Both the position numbers and the translations under genes were made by a program. The notes below the pieces were generated by a model. That model ran no database searches. It saw only the letters and a list, made by a program, of their open reading frames with translations, and was not told where the DNA came from. DNA of 64,000 bases from Lytechinus pictus (Eukaryota), in contig NC_087251.1 of the NCBI RefSeq assembly GCF_037042905.1, forward strand, positions 6,574,001 through 6,638,000, written 5' to 3'. Numbering within the stretch: position 1 is the first letter of the stretch; every line of letters begins with the position of its first letter. Positions 49,301 to 62,666 of this stretch are shown here, in pieces.

Positions 49301-51401
49301 AAAGATTAAAATTGCACTAACCATATGTACATATGACTAATAGAATAAATACATTTTTGACTTCAAATTAACAACCTTGATTCTTATTAGGATGATGGCA
49401 TCATGCATTATTTTACTCTCATGGTATAAGGAATATAAAAATGACAAATGAAACCGAGGGTAATAAATTTTCTAAGCACAATTGTTCTGAAAGTTTTTCA
49501 ACCTGCTTGGGCACAGAAGCTTTAAGTATTGGTTTATTTTGTAGGATGTAATCTGATATTAGAATTGAGTATAAGATTTTCCATTTGTATCTCAATATTT
49601 ATTTTTTGTTCATCATTTTGATGTTGAAAATTTATTACCTAGATGACTAGTTTGATGTTATTAGATTAGTAAATCATATTTTGGTTGTATTATTTTTTTC
49701 TTAAAAGATTGGAAGGAAGGAGGAACAATGCTAGTGAAAGACTATAGGGAAGCTGCAATAAATGGTAAGTAGGATAAAATTAAATCAATGTACTAAAGCT
49801 CTATTCTCATGGCATTAGTGATAATTTGTGTAGTGATTCTATTTTTGCACAGGGTCATAGGCAAAGGAGTGATTGTGACCTGAAGACAAACATATATGTG
49901 TCCAGCTGTCAGTACACTAAACATACATAACATTCTTTCTTACAGATATGTTGTCAAACTTAATACCTATCAAACATTTGTACAAAGATGATGATTCTAC
50001 ATATCACAAGAAAGCGTACAAGCTAGATTGAACAATTTTGATTATCAGTAGAGTGAATGAAGTGTTGTGAATAAGTATTGATTTTGTTTCTATTTCCTTC
50101 TTGTCTCACCAGTGTGTTTAAACCATTCACTATATACTGACAAGCCATTTCATTGTATGGACCTTGTATACCTCAGCTCAGTATTATCACATGGATATAA
50201 ATTCAGGGATGATGTTCAGTTATTGGTAAGTCTAAATCATCACCTGAAAAAAAAAACTCACTTGCATAGGATTAAAATATCTTATCCTTTTTCTAAATAT
50301 TCTTCTGTAAGTTCCAATTAGTGATGTAATTTATGGTCATTGCTATTATTTACACAAATTCTGCTTTGCTGTTTCAAAAAATGCTTTTTTATATTTTGTG
50401 ATCATAGTACCTGCATATCTTTAATCTTCTTTGGTTTATTACATTTAATGCTGGTATGTGTGGTCAACACTATTGACTCTTGATAGAGTCATTGTATTTT
50501 CTTTAAGCTTTATTGGCTTATAAATATTCATGGTGGTGTGGTGCCTTTGTATTGGTAGACTGGCCCATATGGGCCTACATGTACATCTACAATAGTTACA
50601 TAAATGTGTTTAAAGCCTAGATCTAAAGCTTTAGCAAAGGGCCATTAATTCGAATTCTACTTTAGTATCATCAAACATCCAAATATTTGCAAAAGCGTAG
50701 TGCCAATTCAATCCAATTCGATTGTTTTATTTTCTACTTCAATTTTTCATATTTACAATAATGATGAAGTTAACTAGTGTACAGAACTTTTCAACCATTG
50801 ATTCTTTGTGAAAATTTGAATTAATATTTCTATTTATGTCTGTTTCCCTTTAACAGTTATGGTTTTATTTTTCTGCACAATGTACTCTTTGTCCACTCAT
50901 CTCATTAGTGAATCAATATCAGAAAGCTTCACACAAATGTTATATCCTGAAATATTCATCTTGTTCCATGCTTGAAAAAAAAAGGGTTTTTATATGAAAA
51001 AATATGCAGATATTTCATTTTGATTGGGTATCTGATCAAAGTACATTTTCATGTAAAATATGTTATGATCATATTTTAATTGTTATATTCTTTATTTTTT
51101 TCTCATTCATACTTTACTTATGCTTTCATTTTGCGTTACACCTGTAGCATAAGAAATGTTGATACTTTATGAATCTTCTTACAAGATATATCATTTCAGT
51201 TAGAGAGCATGCCTTTACAGGTATTAAATGGGTGTTTGTAATCAATTTCCTTTTCAAACTAATCTAAGAATAATAATCTTCCTTTTCTATTTCCTCTATT
51301 GGTAGATGACAAATGCAATTGATGGCTTCCGTGTCAGCTGGGCACTTGGTGCAACCCTGGAGCTATTGAGAAAACATTGGGAACATCTGAAGAAATTATG
51401 A
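37078..51401 (+). CDS. ENTPD5: Ectonucleoside triphosphate diphosphohydrolase 5/6-like (GDA1/CD39 apyrase family), 10 coding exons, 470 aa
   Basis: Exons 37078-37366, 37963-38042, 44614-44757, 45525-45642, 47647-47818, 48101-48201, 48496(or 48493)-48738, 49708-49764, 50113-50225 and 51306-51401. All introns are GT-AG, phases match, and the total is 1413 nt ending in TGA. Motifs: ACR1 [11 protein letters not shown]2 ATAGLR, ACR3 GTDEG..WVTVNFL, ACR4 [11 protein letters not shown]5 SWALGA. An N-terminal hydrophobic segment with no C-terminal TM helix places it in the ENTPD5/6 subgroup; 5 versus 6 cannot be resolved by eye. Confidence 0.93.
37963..38042 (+). CDS. ENTPD5: ENTPD5/6-like coding exon 2
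   Basis: ttatttcag|; (G)[26 protein letters not shown]; |gtatag; phases fit neighbouring exons. Confidence 0.85.
38815..40430. mobile_element. Non-autonomous hAT-like element with a 5-bp TSD
   Basis: TIRs CAGGGTGCGACATAA / TTATGTAGCACCCTG; CTAAT on both sides; subterminal CTTGCCCG repeats. Confidence 0.8.
40986..43931 (-). mobile_element. Decayed Academ DNA transposon
   Basis: TIR tips TAGTCGATTTGACA / TGTCAAATCGACTA, 3-bp TSD TTT, long repetitive inverted arms (~40986-41680 and ~43350-43931), transposase remnant inside. Confidence 0.82.
42050..43330 (-). pseudogene. Academ transposase C-terminal half, with frameshifts and stops
   Basis: [63 protein letters not shown] (GKGK, LPPT-like, GW and Cys-rich motifs typical of Academ transposases). 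Confidence 0.8.
44614..44757 (+). CDS. ENTPD5: ENTPD5/6-like coding exon 3 (ACR2)
   Basis: [48 protein letters not shown]; ag/gtaagt. Confidence 0.93.
45525..45642 (+). CDS. ENTPD5: ENTPD5/6-like coding exon 4 (ACR3)
   Basis: [39 protein letters not shown]; ag/gtaagt. Confidence 0.93.
45822..46337. mobile_element. Kolobok-type palindromic MITE, right tip lost
   Basis: TTAA|AGGGATGGTCCAGGCTG; inverted arms ~45885-46010 / ~46215-46337. Confidence 0.7.
47647..47818 (+). CDS. ENTPD5: ENTPD5/6-like coding exon 5 (ACR4)
   Basis: [17 protein letters not shown]...YKLYTK; tttcag/gttggt. Confidence 0.93.
48101..48201 (+). CDS. ENTPD5: ENTPD5/6-like coding exon 6
   Basis: (S)[14 protein letters not shown]...; tttcag/gtgagc. 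Confidence 0.9.
48496..48738 (+). CDS. ENTPD5: ENTPD5/6-like coding exon 7
   Basis: [11 protein letters not shown]...[23 protein letters not shown] tandem acceptor; donor gtaagt. Confidence 0.9.
49708..49764 (+). CDS. ENTPD5: ENTPD5/6-like coding exon 8
   Basis: (D)[18 protein letters not shown]; aag/gtaagt; phase 1/1. Confidence 0.88.
50113..50225 (+). CDS. ENTPD5: ENTPD5/6-like coding exon 9
   Basis: (V)[37 protein letters not shown]; cag/gtaagt. Confidence 0.9.
51306..51401 (+). CDS. ENTPD5: ENTPD5/6-like last coding exon (ACR5, stop)
   Basis: [31 protein letters not shown]; polypyrimidine tract + tag acceptor at 51305. Confidence 0.92.
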   Translation: MTNAIDGFRVSWALGATLELLRKHWEHLKKL

Positions 51402-52429
51402 TAGGAATAATTTGCTATCATCCGTATGACTTATTTAAATGCTTGAAATGTAAACTTGATTAAAACCTATATTCTGTGCAATTCTTCTTAAGGGCTGAGC
51501 TAACCAGTCTGCTGTTGTTTCCAGGTTGGTTGTTTCTAGAAATGTTTGTAATGCCTTCCATACATTATAACCCCATCAAACAGAGAAAATCTTTAATTGT
51601 CTGTCATCTTGTCAAACCACTACCACAAGAGATTGAACATTAATGGAAACAACAGGACACTGTGTATATTAGGTTACATACTTACTTGTGCTATAAACAT
51701 TTTTTCTAAGTAAATATTACATCAATGTATTGTGGTCTAACTTGTTTTGTCTATTTGAAATTATGTCTAATTTCCTTTGGATAATAACCAGTCATTCTGA
51801 TATCCAGTTTGACTAGTCCCACTTGATCTAATATACTGGGGTTTAATTTCATTCTGCTTAGGATGAAATGGTCATTATACCTAACGTAAGTGGTAAGTGG
51901 ACCAAATGATAATTGAGCCCAAGTTATAAATTGATTTTGTGGTCTTTAGACCTTCTGGCAATTAGACCAAGTACCAGTCACACCAAATGAAATTTTGACA
52001 AAAAAGGTCTAGCATTGATAAAGAACAAGCCCATCTAATAATTTTAGACCAAACATGTATGCTACATGTATAGCAGTTTTGGGGGGAAAATGTTTGCCTT
52101 GAAACTGGATCAAAGAGCTGGAGTATATTCACATAAATAATGTCTATGTGAATTCAGGGTCTTATAAAACATGCTGCACATTTACAGAATCCTGCATTGC
52201 CTTTGTCAACATTTTGAGGATCAGAAGAATATAAAATGTTAGTGTGTGTTTTTTATGAAATTGCTTCTCTATGCCCTTTGAATTATGATAATTTTTTCAT
52301 ACATTGAGGTTTTACATGTAGATGTAATTTATTTACACTGTCCATTTTGAATTTTTATTGTCATGTATACACACTCAGCTCAGATTTAGATGAGGGCAAT
52401 TTTCAAGGCAGAGTGTGTATTTTGCATGT

Positions 52430-52862
52430 TGATTTTGGGATATAGATTTTTTTTTTATTAAACACTTTAAACCGACTTCTAAATTTCTTATGTATTTCTC
52501 TGGTTTTTTTTACTTTTTGTTTTTCATTGTTTTTTCAATAGAATTTGATGGAGACTTTATTTTGACCATTAACAAGATGAAATTAGTTGATTTTAATCAG
52601 TGAAAGGAAAAATAATGATACATTCATATGCATTTGTACACAAATTCACATTTTTTTGCAATTTTGGGTCTGCGTGCACTTACGTAATGTTGTGTCCTTA
52701 TGGAACCGTGTTCCCGGGGGCCGCAATTTTGGTCTCAAAAATTGTGCGAGACTTGAAAGTAAAAAGTCATTAAGCGACGCGGTCAAAAAAATTTGCGCGG
52801 CGGATTTATCGCAAAAATTTCGAGGAGGGGCTGATTCAGCCCCCATCCCCGTCTTATCAGGG
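52430..52862. mobile_element. piggyBac-type MITE fragment downstream of the ENTPD stop
   Basis: Ends GGGGCTGATTCAGCCCCC...TTATCAGGG|TTAA; left boundary approximate. Confidence 0.55.
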
Positions 52863-53633
52863 TTAATAGTAGTGACTTTTTTCAATTTGTTTTTGAGATG
52901 CCTATAATTGTGCATCAGATATAGCAAGGCATCAGATTATGTGTGAGTATGGTACAGCCTTTGAAATAAAAATTACACAGCTCTAAGAGGTTAAATACCA
53001 ACATTAGAAAAAACGACAATTATGCCTGTATTGAATGATTTAAAATCAGATGTCAAACTACATGTTGTTATGTATGGTCAGTGATTATTGCTGTATTTCA
53101 AATATAGAATATCTATGCTATACATGCAATGTTTAATCACTCTTTAATCTGGTCAGGCAATAGAAACATGATTTATATTTGACTAAGTATTTATTTCCTG
53201 CTTTTGTAGTTCTTTATCCTTTTGATATTTTGTGTATTTATTACATGTAGTAGAAACTTACAGTACTTTTTTTTATGTTTCAAATCTGTCAATATGTGTT
53301 GATTTATTGCAAAGTTTATTATTTGATAGATTCACACTCCAATGTCTTAAGGTTAAAATTACAGCCCCCACTACCACTGCCAATGTACACAGATGTAAAT
53401 GGGAACCAATTTGCCTACACATTCCCTGCCAGCCTTAGATCATGGACCTAGGTCCATGCTTAGATAAAGGTTGTAATATTGAAAGCCAAGGGGCATTACA
53501 GAATAATTGGTAGACTCAAGTATTTTTGCTACAGTGGTATATTATGATTAATGTTTTTTATTATAGAGTATGTGCTTACAGTGCTGAAAGAACTCTCTCT
53601 GCCTTTGATATAATTGCATAGTCTGAGATAGAC

Positions 53634-53635
<2 letters not shown>

Positions 53636-53664
<29 letters not shown>

Positions 53665-53665
53665 C
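53636..53665. repeat. (GA)n microsatellite; a further GA/purine-rich stretch lies at 54087-54480
   Basis: Direct reading. Confidence 0.9.
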
Positions 53666-54610
53666 AAAAGAGAGAAGTGATGAGGAGGAGGAAGGAGCTA
53701 TGAATAGTATGTTACCTTACAGTATTATGCCAAAATATATAATGTTTTGTCTCTTTTTAAGAGCAGTGAGGATTGGATTTTATTTCATTACACTGTATTT
53801 TATAAATGTAGTTAGATCTGTAATGTACTCTTCATGATATCAGACATTGCCTACTTTTTTTAAAGTACATAGGAAGCATGACTTTATAGTCTCTTTCTTG
53901 GCATTTTCCAGACTGATATTTTTAAATGTAAATTGTGTACTGGTATTATACATTCTATTTTTCTTTTGAATTGTACTAATTTATTTTTTTTGAAATATTT
54001 GCTGAAAAGAAAAAAAACTGTAATATAATTACAGCTCTTTTACACAATTATATTAATGTTAAAGTTTGGTTTTTGTCAGTAATGTTCAGAGAGAGAGAGA
54101 GAGAGAAGAGGGGAGTGGGGGATGACTAGAGGGGGAGAGAGAGGAAGTGTGTGTGTGGGTGTGCAAGAGGGAAAGGGAGGGAGAGAAGGAATGGATGTGG
54201 AATGAGAAAATAACCTCTAATGTAGATAGAGTTAGAAGATTGGGAGAGGGGAAGAAATAGGGCAGTAAAGAAATTAACAGACCCAGATTAGGAAGGTTGG
54301 GAGAAAAGAAAGAGAGAGGGAGAGATAATGTTTAGGAGGGGGAGAGAGAGAAATAGACAGACAGAGAGGGGGTGGAATGATGGGAGTCATCTGGGGTCAG
54401 AAGATAACTGATTTTGAAAAAGAAAGAAAGATTAGAGGAAGGGGAGGATCCTGGATAGATTAGGGAAAAGAATAGAAATATGAAGGGATATCTTGAGGTA
54501 CTTTTAAAACTGCTATTAACGAATGGATGGTGCTGGAGGAGGCACACTCTTTTTAGAATTAAAAAAAGGAATGAAGAAAAGGATTAGGAAGAGCCATGAA
54601 AAGAAGATCT

Positions 54611-54749
54611 GGGGAGTGTTTCATCAACATTTTTGTCTGACAAGTTGTCAGATCTGATTTCTTTCCTTGATTATGATTGGCTGAGAAGCATAGGTCCTAT
54701 GGTAACTGTTGGATAAAATGTCCGACAAAACCTTAAAAAAACACTCCTG
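54611..54749. mobile_element. Short degraded MITE (PIF/Harbinger-like ends)
   Basis: GGGGAGTGTTTCATCAA ... AAACACTCC inverted ends. Confidence 0.5.
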
Positions 54750-56116
54750 GTTGCAATATATGTAACTGCAATTCTCATTGTTTTATCAAAAAGTAGAATT
54801 TTGAAGTGTATTAACTGCGAGATTATTAGTAAATTAAGAGCTATATGTCGCTATGCTCATCCTACATGTAATTCAAGCAAAATTATTTTGAAAATGCACT
54901 AAATTTTAAAGCAACCACAAATACAAGAGAATCAATTTATGCATAGTCATATGAGCCTAAAATATTGAAGGGACAACATGGTTTGAGCAAATGTTGACCT
55001 TTAAAATGAATTTTAAAGACAGTGAAAAGAGATTTATATATATATATTCAGAAAAACATTATCTAACCATTCTTCTCTCTTATTTCTTTATTCTACCCCT
55101 CCTTTTTACCCCCCCCCCCCTTGGAGTGGAACTTGGGGATACGCACAATAAGACTCCCCTCCACCGCCATCTGTATGCCAGGGAATACAGTCTCACAGAA
55201 CCAAAATCGATACAATTGCCCTGATCAAAGAAAATATCCAATTATATATCGGTATACAATTAAGTTCTATTGGTGCTAACATATATAGCGAAAAAAACCA
55301 TAACGCACGATTAAGATTTTAAAAATTAAAAAAACAAAAAAACCCATGCTGGACGCTCGACCCTGTATCGTAGTGTCATGATACCGCACCGGTATACTCG
55401 CTCTTCTTTTTCTTTTAAAAATTTGAAGACACCGTCCGTTGGAAATACCAATTCTTGGTAAACAATTTGAGGTAGGCACTTATGATCCAAGTTTGAAAGG
55501 AGACTCGTAAAATGACGTCAGTCTCGCCGATGAATATTCATTAGATCGTGGTCGTGCGTGTTCAATACACACTGCGTGCAGGCATGCAGATAGTTATATG
55601 CGAGGAACTTTGGCTCCAGAGACAAGTTGTCAAATAACGTGTGTGTGTGTGCGTGTGTGTACCATCGGCTGGTAGTATGCCATGCTGTCTAAGACTTCAA
55701 ACGCGTCGGAGAGAGTGCATGGCAATTCGGTAAAACGAAGTTTCCGATATAAAGAGATAATAAAATAACACTATGTACAGTACGCCCGGGGGGGCCACTT
55801 ACATTGACGAGTGGATACCATGCGCGACCAAAAAAACACGTAAAAAGGATGTCTTTTTCAAGAGAGGGCACGTACGTTACGTACGTAACGTGATAAGGGT
55901 GTCAAAAACACAAAAATATTGAAAAAAGGGTATCTATTTCCAGTACGTTGAGAGGCAAATGTCAGATCAGGGAGGCAGCTAGGAGTACAATCAGGTTTTT
56001 TTAAAGGGAAGAATAGTGTAGAATAAAAGGTATTATATATATAGCCAAATGATCTAGGTGAGGGAAGTGAACAATGATATGTTTAAAAAAAAAAGAATGA
56101 ATATACCTTACCTGAA

Positions 56117-58003
56117 TATTATGGTGAAGCCAATTTAAAAGGAGGTGAGACAAGTTTCAATGGAGGTTTTAAAAAAGAATAAACTGTATTATGGTGAAGC
56201 CAATTTAAAAGGAGGTGAGGCAAGTTTTAATGGAGGTTTTTAAAAAGAATAAACTGTATTATGGTGAAGCCAATTTAAAAGGAGGTGAGGCAAGTTTCAA
56301 TGGAGGTTTTTAAAAAGAATAAACTGTACTACAAATTATGGTGAAGCCAATTTAAAAGGAGGTGAGGCAAGTTTCAATTGAGGTTTTTAAAAAGAATAAA
56401 CTGTACTACGTACAAATTTAAAAGGAGGCGAGGCAAGTTTCAATGGAGGTTTTTAAAATAGAATAAACTGTACTACAAATTATGGTGAAGCCAATTCAAA
56501 AGGAGGTGAGGCAAGTTTCAATGGAGGTTTTTAAAAAGAATAAACTGTATTATGGTGAAGCCAATTTAAAAGGAGGTGAGGCAAGTTTTAATGGAGGTTT
56601 TTAAAAAGAATAAACTGTATTATGGTGAAGCCAATTTAAAAGGAGGTGAGGCAAGTTTCAATGGAGGTTTTTAAAAAGAATAAACTGTATTATGGTGAAG
56701 CCAATTTAAAAGGAGGTGAGGCAAGTTTTAATGGAGGTTTTTAAAAAGAATAAACTGTATTATGGTGAAGCCAATTTAAAAGGAGGTGAGGCAAGTTTCA
56801 ATGGAGGTTTTTAAAAAGAATAAACTGGACTACAAATTATGGTGAAGCCAATTTAAAAGGAGGTGAGGCAAGTTTCAATTGAGGTTTTTAAAAAGAATAA
56901 ACTGTACTACAAATTTAAAAGGAGGCGAGGCAAGTTTTAATGGAGGTTTTTAAAAAGAATATTAACTGTATTATGGTGAAGCCAATTTAAAAGGAGGTGA
57001 GGCAAGTTTTAATGGAGGTTTTTAAAAAGAATAAACTGTATTATGGTGAAGCCAATTTAAAAGGAGGTGAGGCAAGTTTCAATGGAGGTTTTTAAAAAGA
57101 ATAAACTGTACTACAAATTATGGTGAAGCCAATTTAAAAGGAGGTGAGGCAAGTTTCAATTGAGGTTTTTAAAAAGAATAAACTGCATGTACTACAAATT
57201 TAAAAGGAGGCGAGGCAAGTTTCAATGGAGGTTTTTAAAAAAGAATATACTACAAATTATGGTGAAGCCAATTTAAAAGGAGGTGAGGCAAATTAATTGA
57301 GGTTTTTAAAAAGAATAAACTGTACTACAAATTTAAAAGGAGGCGAGGCAAGTTTCAATGGAGGTTTTTAAAAAAGAATAAACTGTACTACAAATTATGG
57401 TGAAGCCAATTTAAAAGGAGGTGAGGCAAGTTTTAATGGAGGTTTTTAAAAAGAATAAACTGTATTATGGTGAAGCCAATTTAAAAGGAGGCGAGGCAAG
57501 TTTCAATGGAGGTTTTTAAAAAAGAATAAACTGTACTACAAATTATGGTGAAGCCAATTCAAAAGGAGGTGAGGCAAGTTTCAATGGAGGTTTTAAAAAA
57601 AGAATAAACTGTACTACAAATTATGGTGAAGCCAATTTAAAAGGAGGTGAGGCAAGTTTTAATGGAGATTTTTAAAAATAATAAACTGTACTACAAATTT
57701 GAAAGGAGGTGAGGCAAGTTTCAATTGAGGTTTTTAAAAAGAATAAACTGTACTACAAATTTGAAAGGAGGTGAGGCAAGTTTCAATGGAGGTTTTTAAA
57801 AAGAATAAACTGTACTACAAATTATGGTGAAGCCAATTTAAAAGGAGGTGAGGCAAGCCTCAATGGAGGTATTTAAAAAGAATAAACTGTATTATGGTGA
57901 AGCCAATTTAAAAGGAGGTGAGGCAAGTTTCAATGGAGGTTTTAAAAAAAGAATTAACTGTACTACAAATTATGGTGAAGCCAATTTAAAAGGAGGTGAG
58001 GCA
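56117..58003 (+). repeat. 70-bp satellite with ~79-bp and ~60-bp variants
   Basis: TATTATGGTGAAGCCAATTTAAAAGGAGGTGAGGCAAGTTTCAATGGAGGTTTTTAAAAAGAATAAACTG tandem units. Confidence 0.95.
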
Positions 58004-59551
58004 TACATATGTAATGTCTTTCAAGCTGTATGACAAAAATATTCTTTTCCATCCAACATCAGCTTCTACTATTTTTTAAGGTTAGTTTTTATTGTCATGT
58101 TGGCAAATTGTGAAATAGTTCATGTTGAAATATGTTGTATTACCTGTCATGCATTTGTAATGTTATTTTTTTAGAATATATTCTGTCATCATTTTCAGTA
58201 CATAAAAGTTTATTCAATGTATGCCTTTACCAAAGTTGGCCATAAGCACAGTGGGTACCAACTATCACTGAAGACAACACAACAATTACTCAAAATATAT
58301 GCATAGCCTTATGAATGTACAAGTCAATAAAATCTACTATGACTACATAGCTTTTTTTTTGTGCAACACAGTCATATTTCACTTGGATCAATTCAAAATT
58401 GAGTGGTGTTTTGGGGGTAATGCTATGGTAACTGCAGTTCTGTTGTCCTCTGACAGTTGGTGTTGTAAGGATGTGATTGGCAGTGTGTGGACGTCATGTT
58501 ATAAGAGAAAAAAGTTAAAGTGAGAGTGTTGGCTTTGAAATGGACTCAACCTATGAAAGTTAAAGTTTGTGCTGCAGAAACTGGTGTGGTAGTGGGATGA
58601 TAATGATGATGAGGAACAGGGCCGGTATTCAATGCTACTCTTAAAGCCACAATTTCAAGTATATTTTACTCAGTATTTTGCAAAAGTAAAATACTTATCC
58701 ATCTTTGGTATTCAATTGCATTTTTTTTTGGCTAAATATTTTGCTTAAATGTAAGTCAGCCATCTACTAGACTTAAGTCTACATATACAAAAATGATACG
58801 CACAGAAATACATTCACACATTTGGCACTATTTGGCTCAAAATTTATAACATCACTGTAGCGGCATGAATATAATTGGGTATATTTGCCATTATTATGTA
58901 CTGTTTACATGCATGTATCTTGTATACAGAGTCAGTGGAAAAAGAAAGTAAAAAATGTCAATGCAAGATTGTACACAGCGCATTGCTTATTGTGCTCCTT
59001 GATTCCAAGAAGTCCAGGAGAAGATGAGTCATGTGGGTGAAGCATCACCCAAAGTATAGAACAAAGAAAGTAAGATTCAGAAGTTGCAAAGATTCAGAAG
59101 AAGATAGTCAAGAAATTATATTTATTCCTGTAAATTGTGAAATTCCCCAGGATTGCAAACAGTTGGTAAGTTTAAATTGCATTATTATCAAAGTTTATAT
59201 ATGTGCTGTCAATTATATCATAATACTGGGTTTCATAAGTCATTCACATTTATGTAATTTTGGCTCAAATTTGAGTGATGGAATTTGGCATTTTGCTCTC
59301 TATCGAGCATTACTTCATAATGTATACTTGTATACACAGACCGATAGAAAGTGATTGGTGTTCAGTCAGATTTAATTATTATTAATATGTTATGAAGATC
59401 AGTATGCTTCGTATTATTGTGTGCTATTATGTTCACATGAACTTATTCTTAATTTGATTACACAAGAAGATTATATTGCATTTATTTTCTGAGAGTGATA
59501 TATAATGCTCACTTCATTTAGTTGTAAGTAGTCAACTGGTGTTATATATTG

Positions 59552-60450
59552 TGTAGGGTGGTAGGGTCTCCTAGCTTAGGCATGAGATCATTATGTTATT
59601 ACTCTATTACTATATTATGTTATTATAAACATATCTAAGTACTGTTTGGTTTAGTTTAGGAATCACATATATTATGATTCATCATGGTTTATTATTATTT
59701 AACCAGTTATTAGTAAGTATCTGTTACATATTTTCTGTTTGCCTATATTAATTTCAGTATTATTTGCTTTAAGATAATAAGGGCATTAAAGGGATGAAGA
59801 TGTTTATTAACTATAATTACAATTATTAGGCCAACAAGATAATGAGTTTATATTGCACATATTCAGATTTAATCTGATATTGATTACAGTTATTGATTAC
59901 CAATTTATTATTGTTTACCAAACAACAATTATTCAACTCAAATAATATGATCAATTATTGAGGTTTCCTTTAATCACGTTAATATCCTTGACCGTTGTAT
60001 ATTGCATTAGTATCATTGAGACTTATTCCCTGTGGGTATATAAAAAGTTATTTACAAGTTATTCAGTCATGTTTGAATTATGTTACTGTTGGCAAATGAA
60101 TATTAACACTGTGTTTATATGTTTATTTGTTTATTCAGCGAACCGCTCAATCGCTCAATTACCGCTCAATTACCGCTCAATCGTCGTGCAATTGTTGAAG
60201 TACTGGTTGTTGACAGTTGATGCTGGTTAAAGGTTTCTTCGCTGGTCGTTGGTTATGTCGACCTAGAAACTTCATTACAAGGCCGTATTTGATGTCAAGT
60301 TGTTGATTTATGTGTCGTCATTATTACGGAAGAAGTTGAAGAAGGAATAAACAGACAAGTAACTGTAAAGCCGTTGTTTGAGTCTTCAATTAGCGTGTTC
60401 GAACTAAGCAATTAAGAATTTCCACGTGTAGTTTAAGAAAGGCACCTACA
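59552..60450 (+). mobile_element. Probable solo LTR
   Basis: TGTAGGGTG ... CACCTACA ends; TATATAA near 60037; AATAAA near 60346; flanks ATTG/ATCA. Confidence 0.45.
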
Positions 60451-61429
60451 ATCACAATGGGTATTAGTATTTAGTTCAATTTGGATAAGGTAAATTCTGA
60501 GATCTGATCTGCATACAAGTTTAAGCATTTTGATAAGCCAGCCAAATTGCTAAGTAAAATACTTACAAAATAAAAACTTAGAATTTAATAGGCGGCCGAG
60601 GTATTATTTTCTTCCAGAGGACATGTACAGATTTCTTGTTGACAAAGGATGACATGATGATTATTTTGCAAATATGGCTTATTAAAAAATATATTATGTA
60701 TATTCCATTTCAGTGACAATTGCATTTTTGGGGAGGGGATATTACGTATTTGGGAATGGAAAAGTTCAAAATTAATGCAAACTTAACCTATTTACGCAGG
60801 GGGGGGGGGGGGGGGGCTCTGAGCTCTGCGATTTAAAAAAAAAGTCTTTTGCATGTTTTGAGACCAGTTTTGCGAAGCCCGGTACTGGGTTCTGAAAATT
60901 ACCAAACAATTTGTAAGTGCATATCAGACAAAAATGGCTCAAAATTGTGATATTTGTGTACCACGTCAATGGAATATGCGTTTTCAACCAAAATTCATGA
61001 ATGCCTAATTGTTTTTAGTTTTGTTGAACTAAACTGATTTATTTTATGCTGTTACGAGAGTCCGAGCATCGTTGAAAAAAAATAATGCAATACAAAGGTA
61101 AAAACATGCACAAGAAATACATTATCGAAGAACACCACAATAGTTTCTAAACAAAAAATTAGAACATTTGGAGCTTTATTTAGGGAGTTAGAGGAATAGG
61201 TATAGTATACTAATTATGCACAAATGAGCATAATCAATTAATAGCAATTTGCATGAAATAAATAACTACACAATTTTGTGGATTATTAAAAGCAATTGCG
61301 ATCTTTCTCTTCACTATTCATTGTTTTTAGAAACCTCATTGAAGACTTGCCTCATGCACCTCTCAAGATGGCTTCATCATTTGAATTATATTCTACACTT
61401 ATCATTCTTTAAAAAAAATCATTGCATGT

Positions 61430-62666
61430 AGACATGCCTCACCTCCTCTCAAATTGCCTTCACCATAACTTGTAATACAGTTTATTCTTTTTAAAAACCT
61501 CCATTAACTAATTACCTCACCTCCTTTTAAATTGGCTTCACCATAATTTGTAATACAGTTTATTCTTTTTAAAAACCTCTATTGAAACTTGCGTCGCCTC
61601 CTTTTAAATTTGTAGTACAGTTTATTCTTTTTTAAAAACCTCCATTGAAACTTGCCTCACCTCCTTTTAAACTGGCTTCACCATAATACAGTTTATTCTT
61701 TTTAAAAACCTCCATTAAAACTTGCCTCGTCACCTCCTTTTAAATTGGCTTCACCATAATACAGTTTATTCTTTTTAAAAACCTCCATTAAAACTTGCCT
61801 CACCTCCTTTTAAATTGGCTTCACCATAATTTGTAGTACTAGTTTATTCTTTTTAAAAACCTCTATTGAAACTTGCGTCGCCTCCTTTTAAATTTGTAGT
61901 ACAGTTTATTCTTTTTAAAAACCTCCATTGAAACTTGCCTCACCTCCTTTTAAACTGGCTTCACCATAATACAGTTTATTCTTTTTAAAAACCTCCATTG
62001 AAACTTGCCTCACCTCCTTTTAAACTGGCTTCACCATAATACAGTTTATTCTTTTTAAAAACCTCCATTGAAACTTGCCTCACCTCCTTTTGAATTGGCT
62101 TCACCATAATTTGTAGTACAGTTTATTCTTTTTAAAAACCTCTATTGAAACTTGCGTCGCCTCCTTTTAAATTTGTAGTACAGTTTATTCTTTTTTAAAA
62201 ACCTCCATTGAAACTTGCCTCACCTCCTTTTAAACTGGCTTCACCATAATACAGTTTATTCTTTTTAAAAACCTCCATTAAAACTTGCATCACCTCCTTT
62301 TAAATTGGCTTCACCATAATACAGTTTATTCTTTTTAAAAACCTCCATTGAAACTTGCCTCACCTCCTTTTAAATTGGCTTCACCATATACAGTTTATTC
62401 TTTTTAAAAACCTCCATTGAAACTTGCCTCACCTCCTTTTAAATTGGCTTCACCATATACAGTTTATTCTTTTTAAAAACCTCCATTGAAACTTGCCTCA
62501 CCTCCTTTTAAATTGGCTTCACCATATACAGTTTATTCTTTTTAAAATCCTCCATTGAAACTTGCCTCACATCCTTTTAAATTGGCTTCACCATAATTTG
62601 TAGTACAGTTTATTCTTTTTAAAAACCTCCATTAAAACTTGCCTCACCTCCTTTTAAATTGGCTTC
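61430..62666 (-). repeat. Same 70-bp satellite, inverted
   Basis: CAGTTTATTCTTTTTAAAAACCTCCATTGAAACTTGCCTCACCTCC... tandem units. Confidence 0.95.

Noticed and set aside
55490..55640. Possible promoter of a neighbouring gene (TGACGTCA, CpG cluster)
   Set aside because: No associated exon or ORF can be supported in the window.
56117..58033. Coding tandem repeat (YYGEANLKGGEASFNGG)
   Set aside because: The 70-bp unit is not a multiple of 3 and stops recur.
58247..58260. Second CACAGTG heptamer
   Set aside because: No partner, boundary or CGNCG flank; expected by chance.
59031..59354. 107-aa ORF in the foldback middle
   Set aside because: No recognisable motif and no supporting exon chain.
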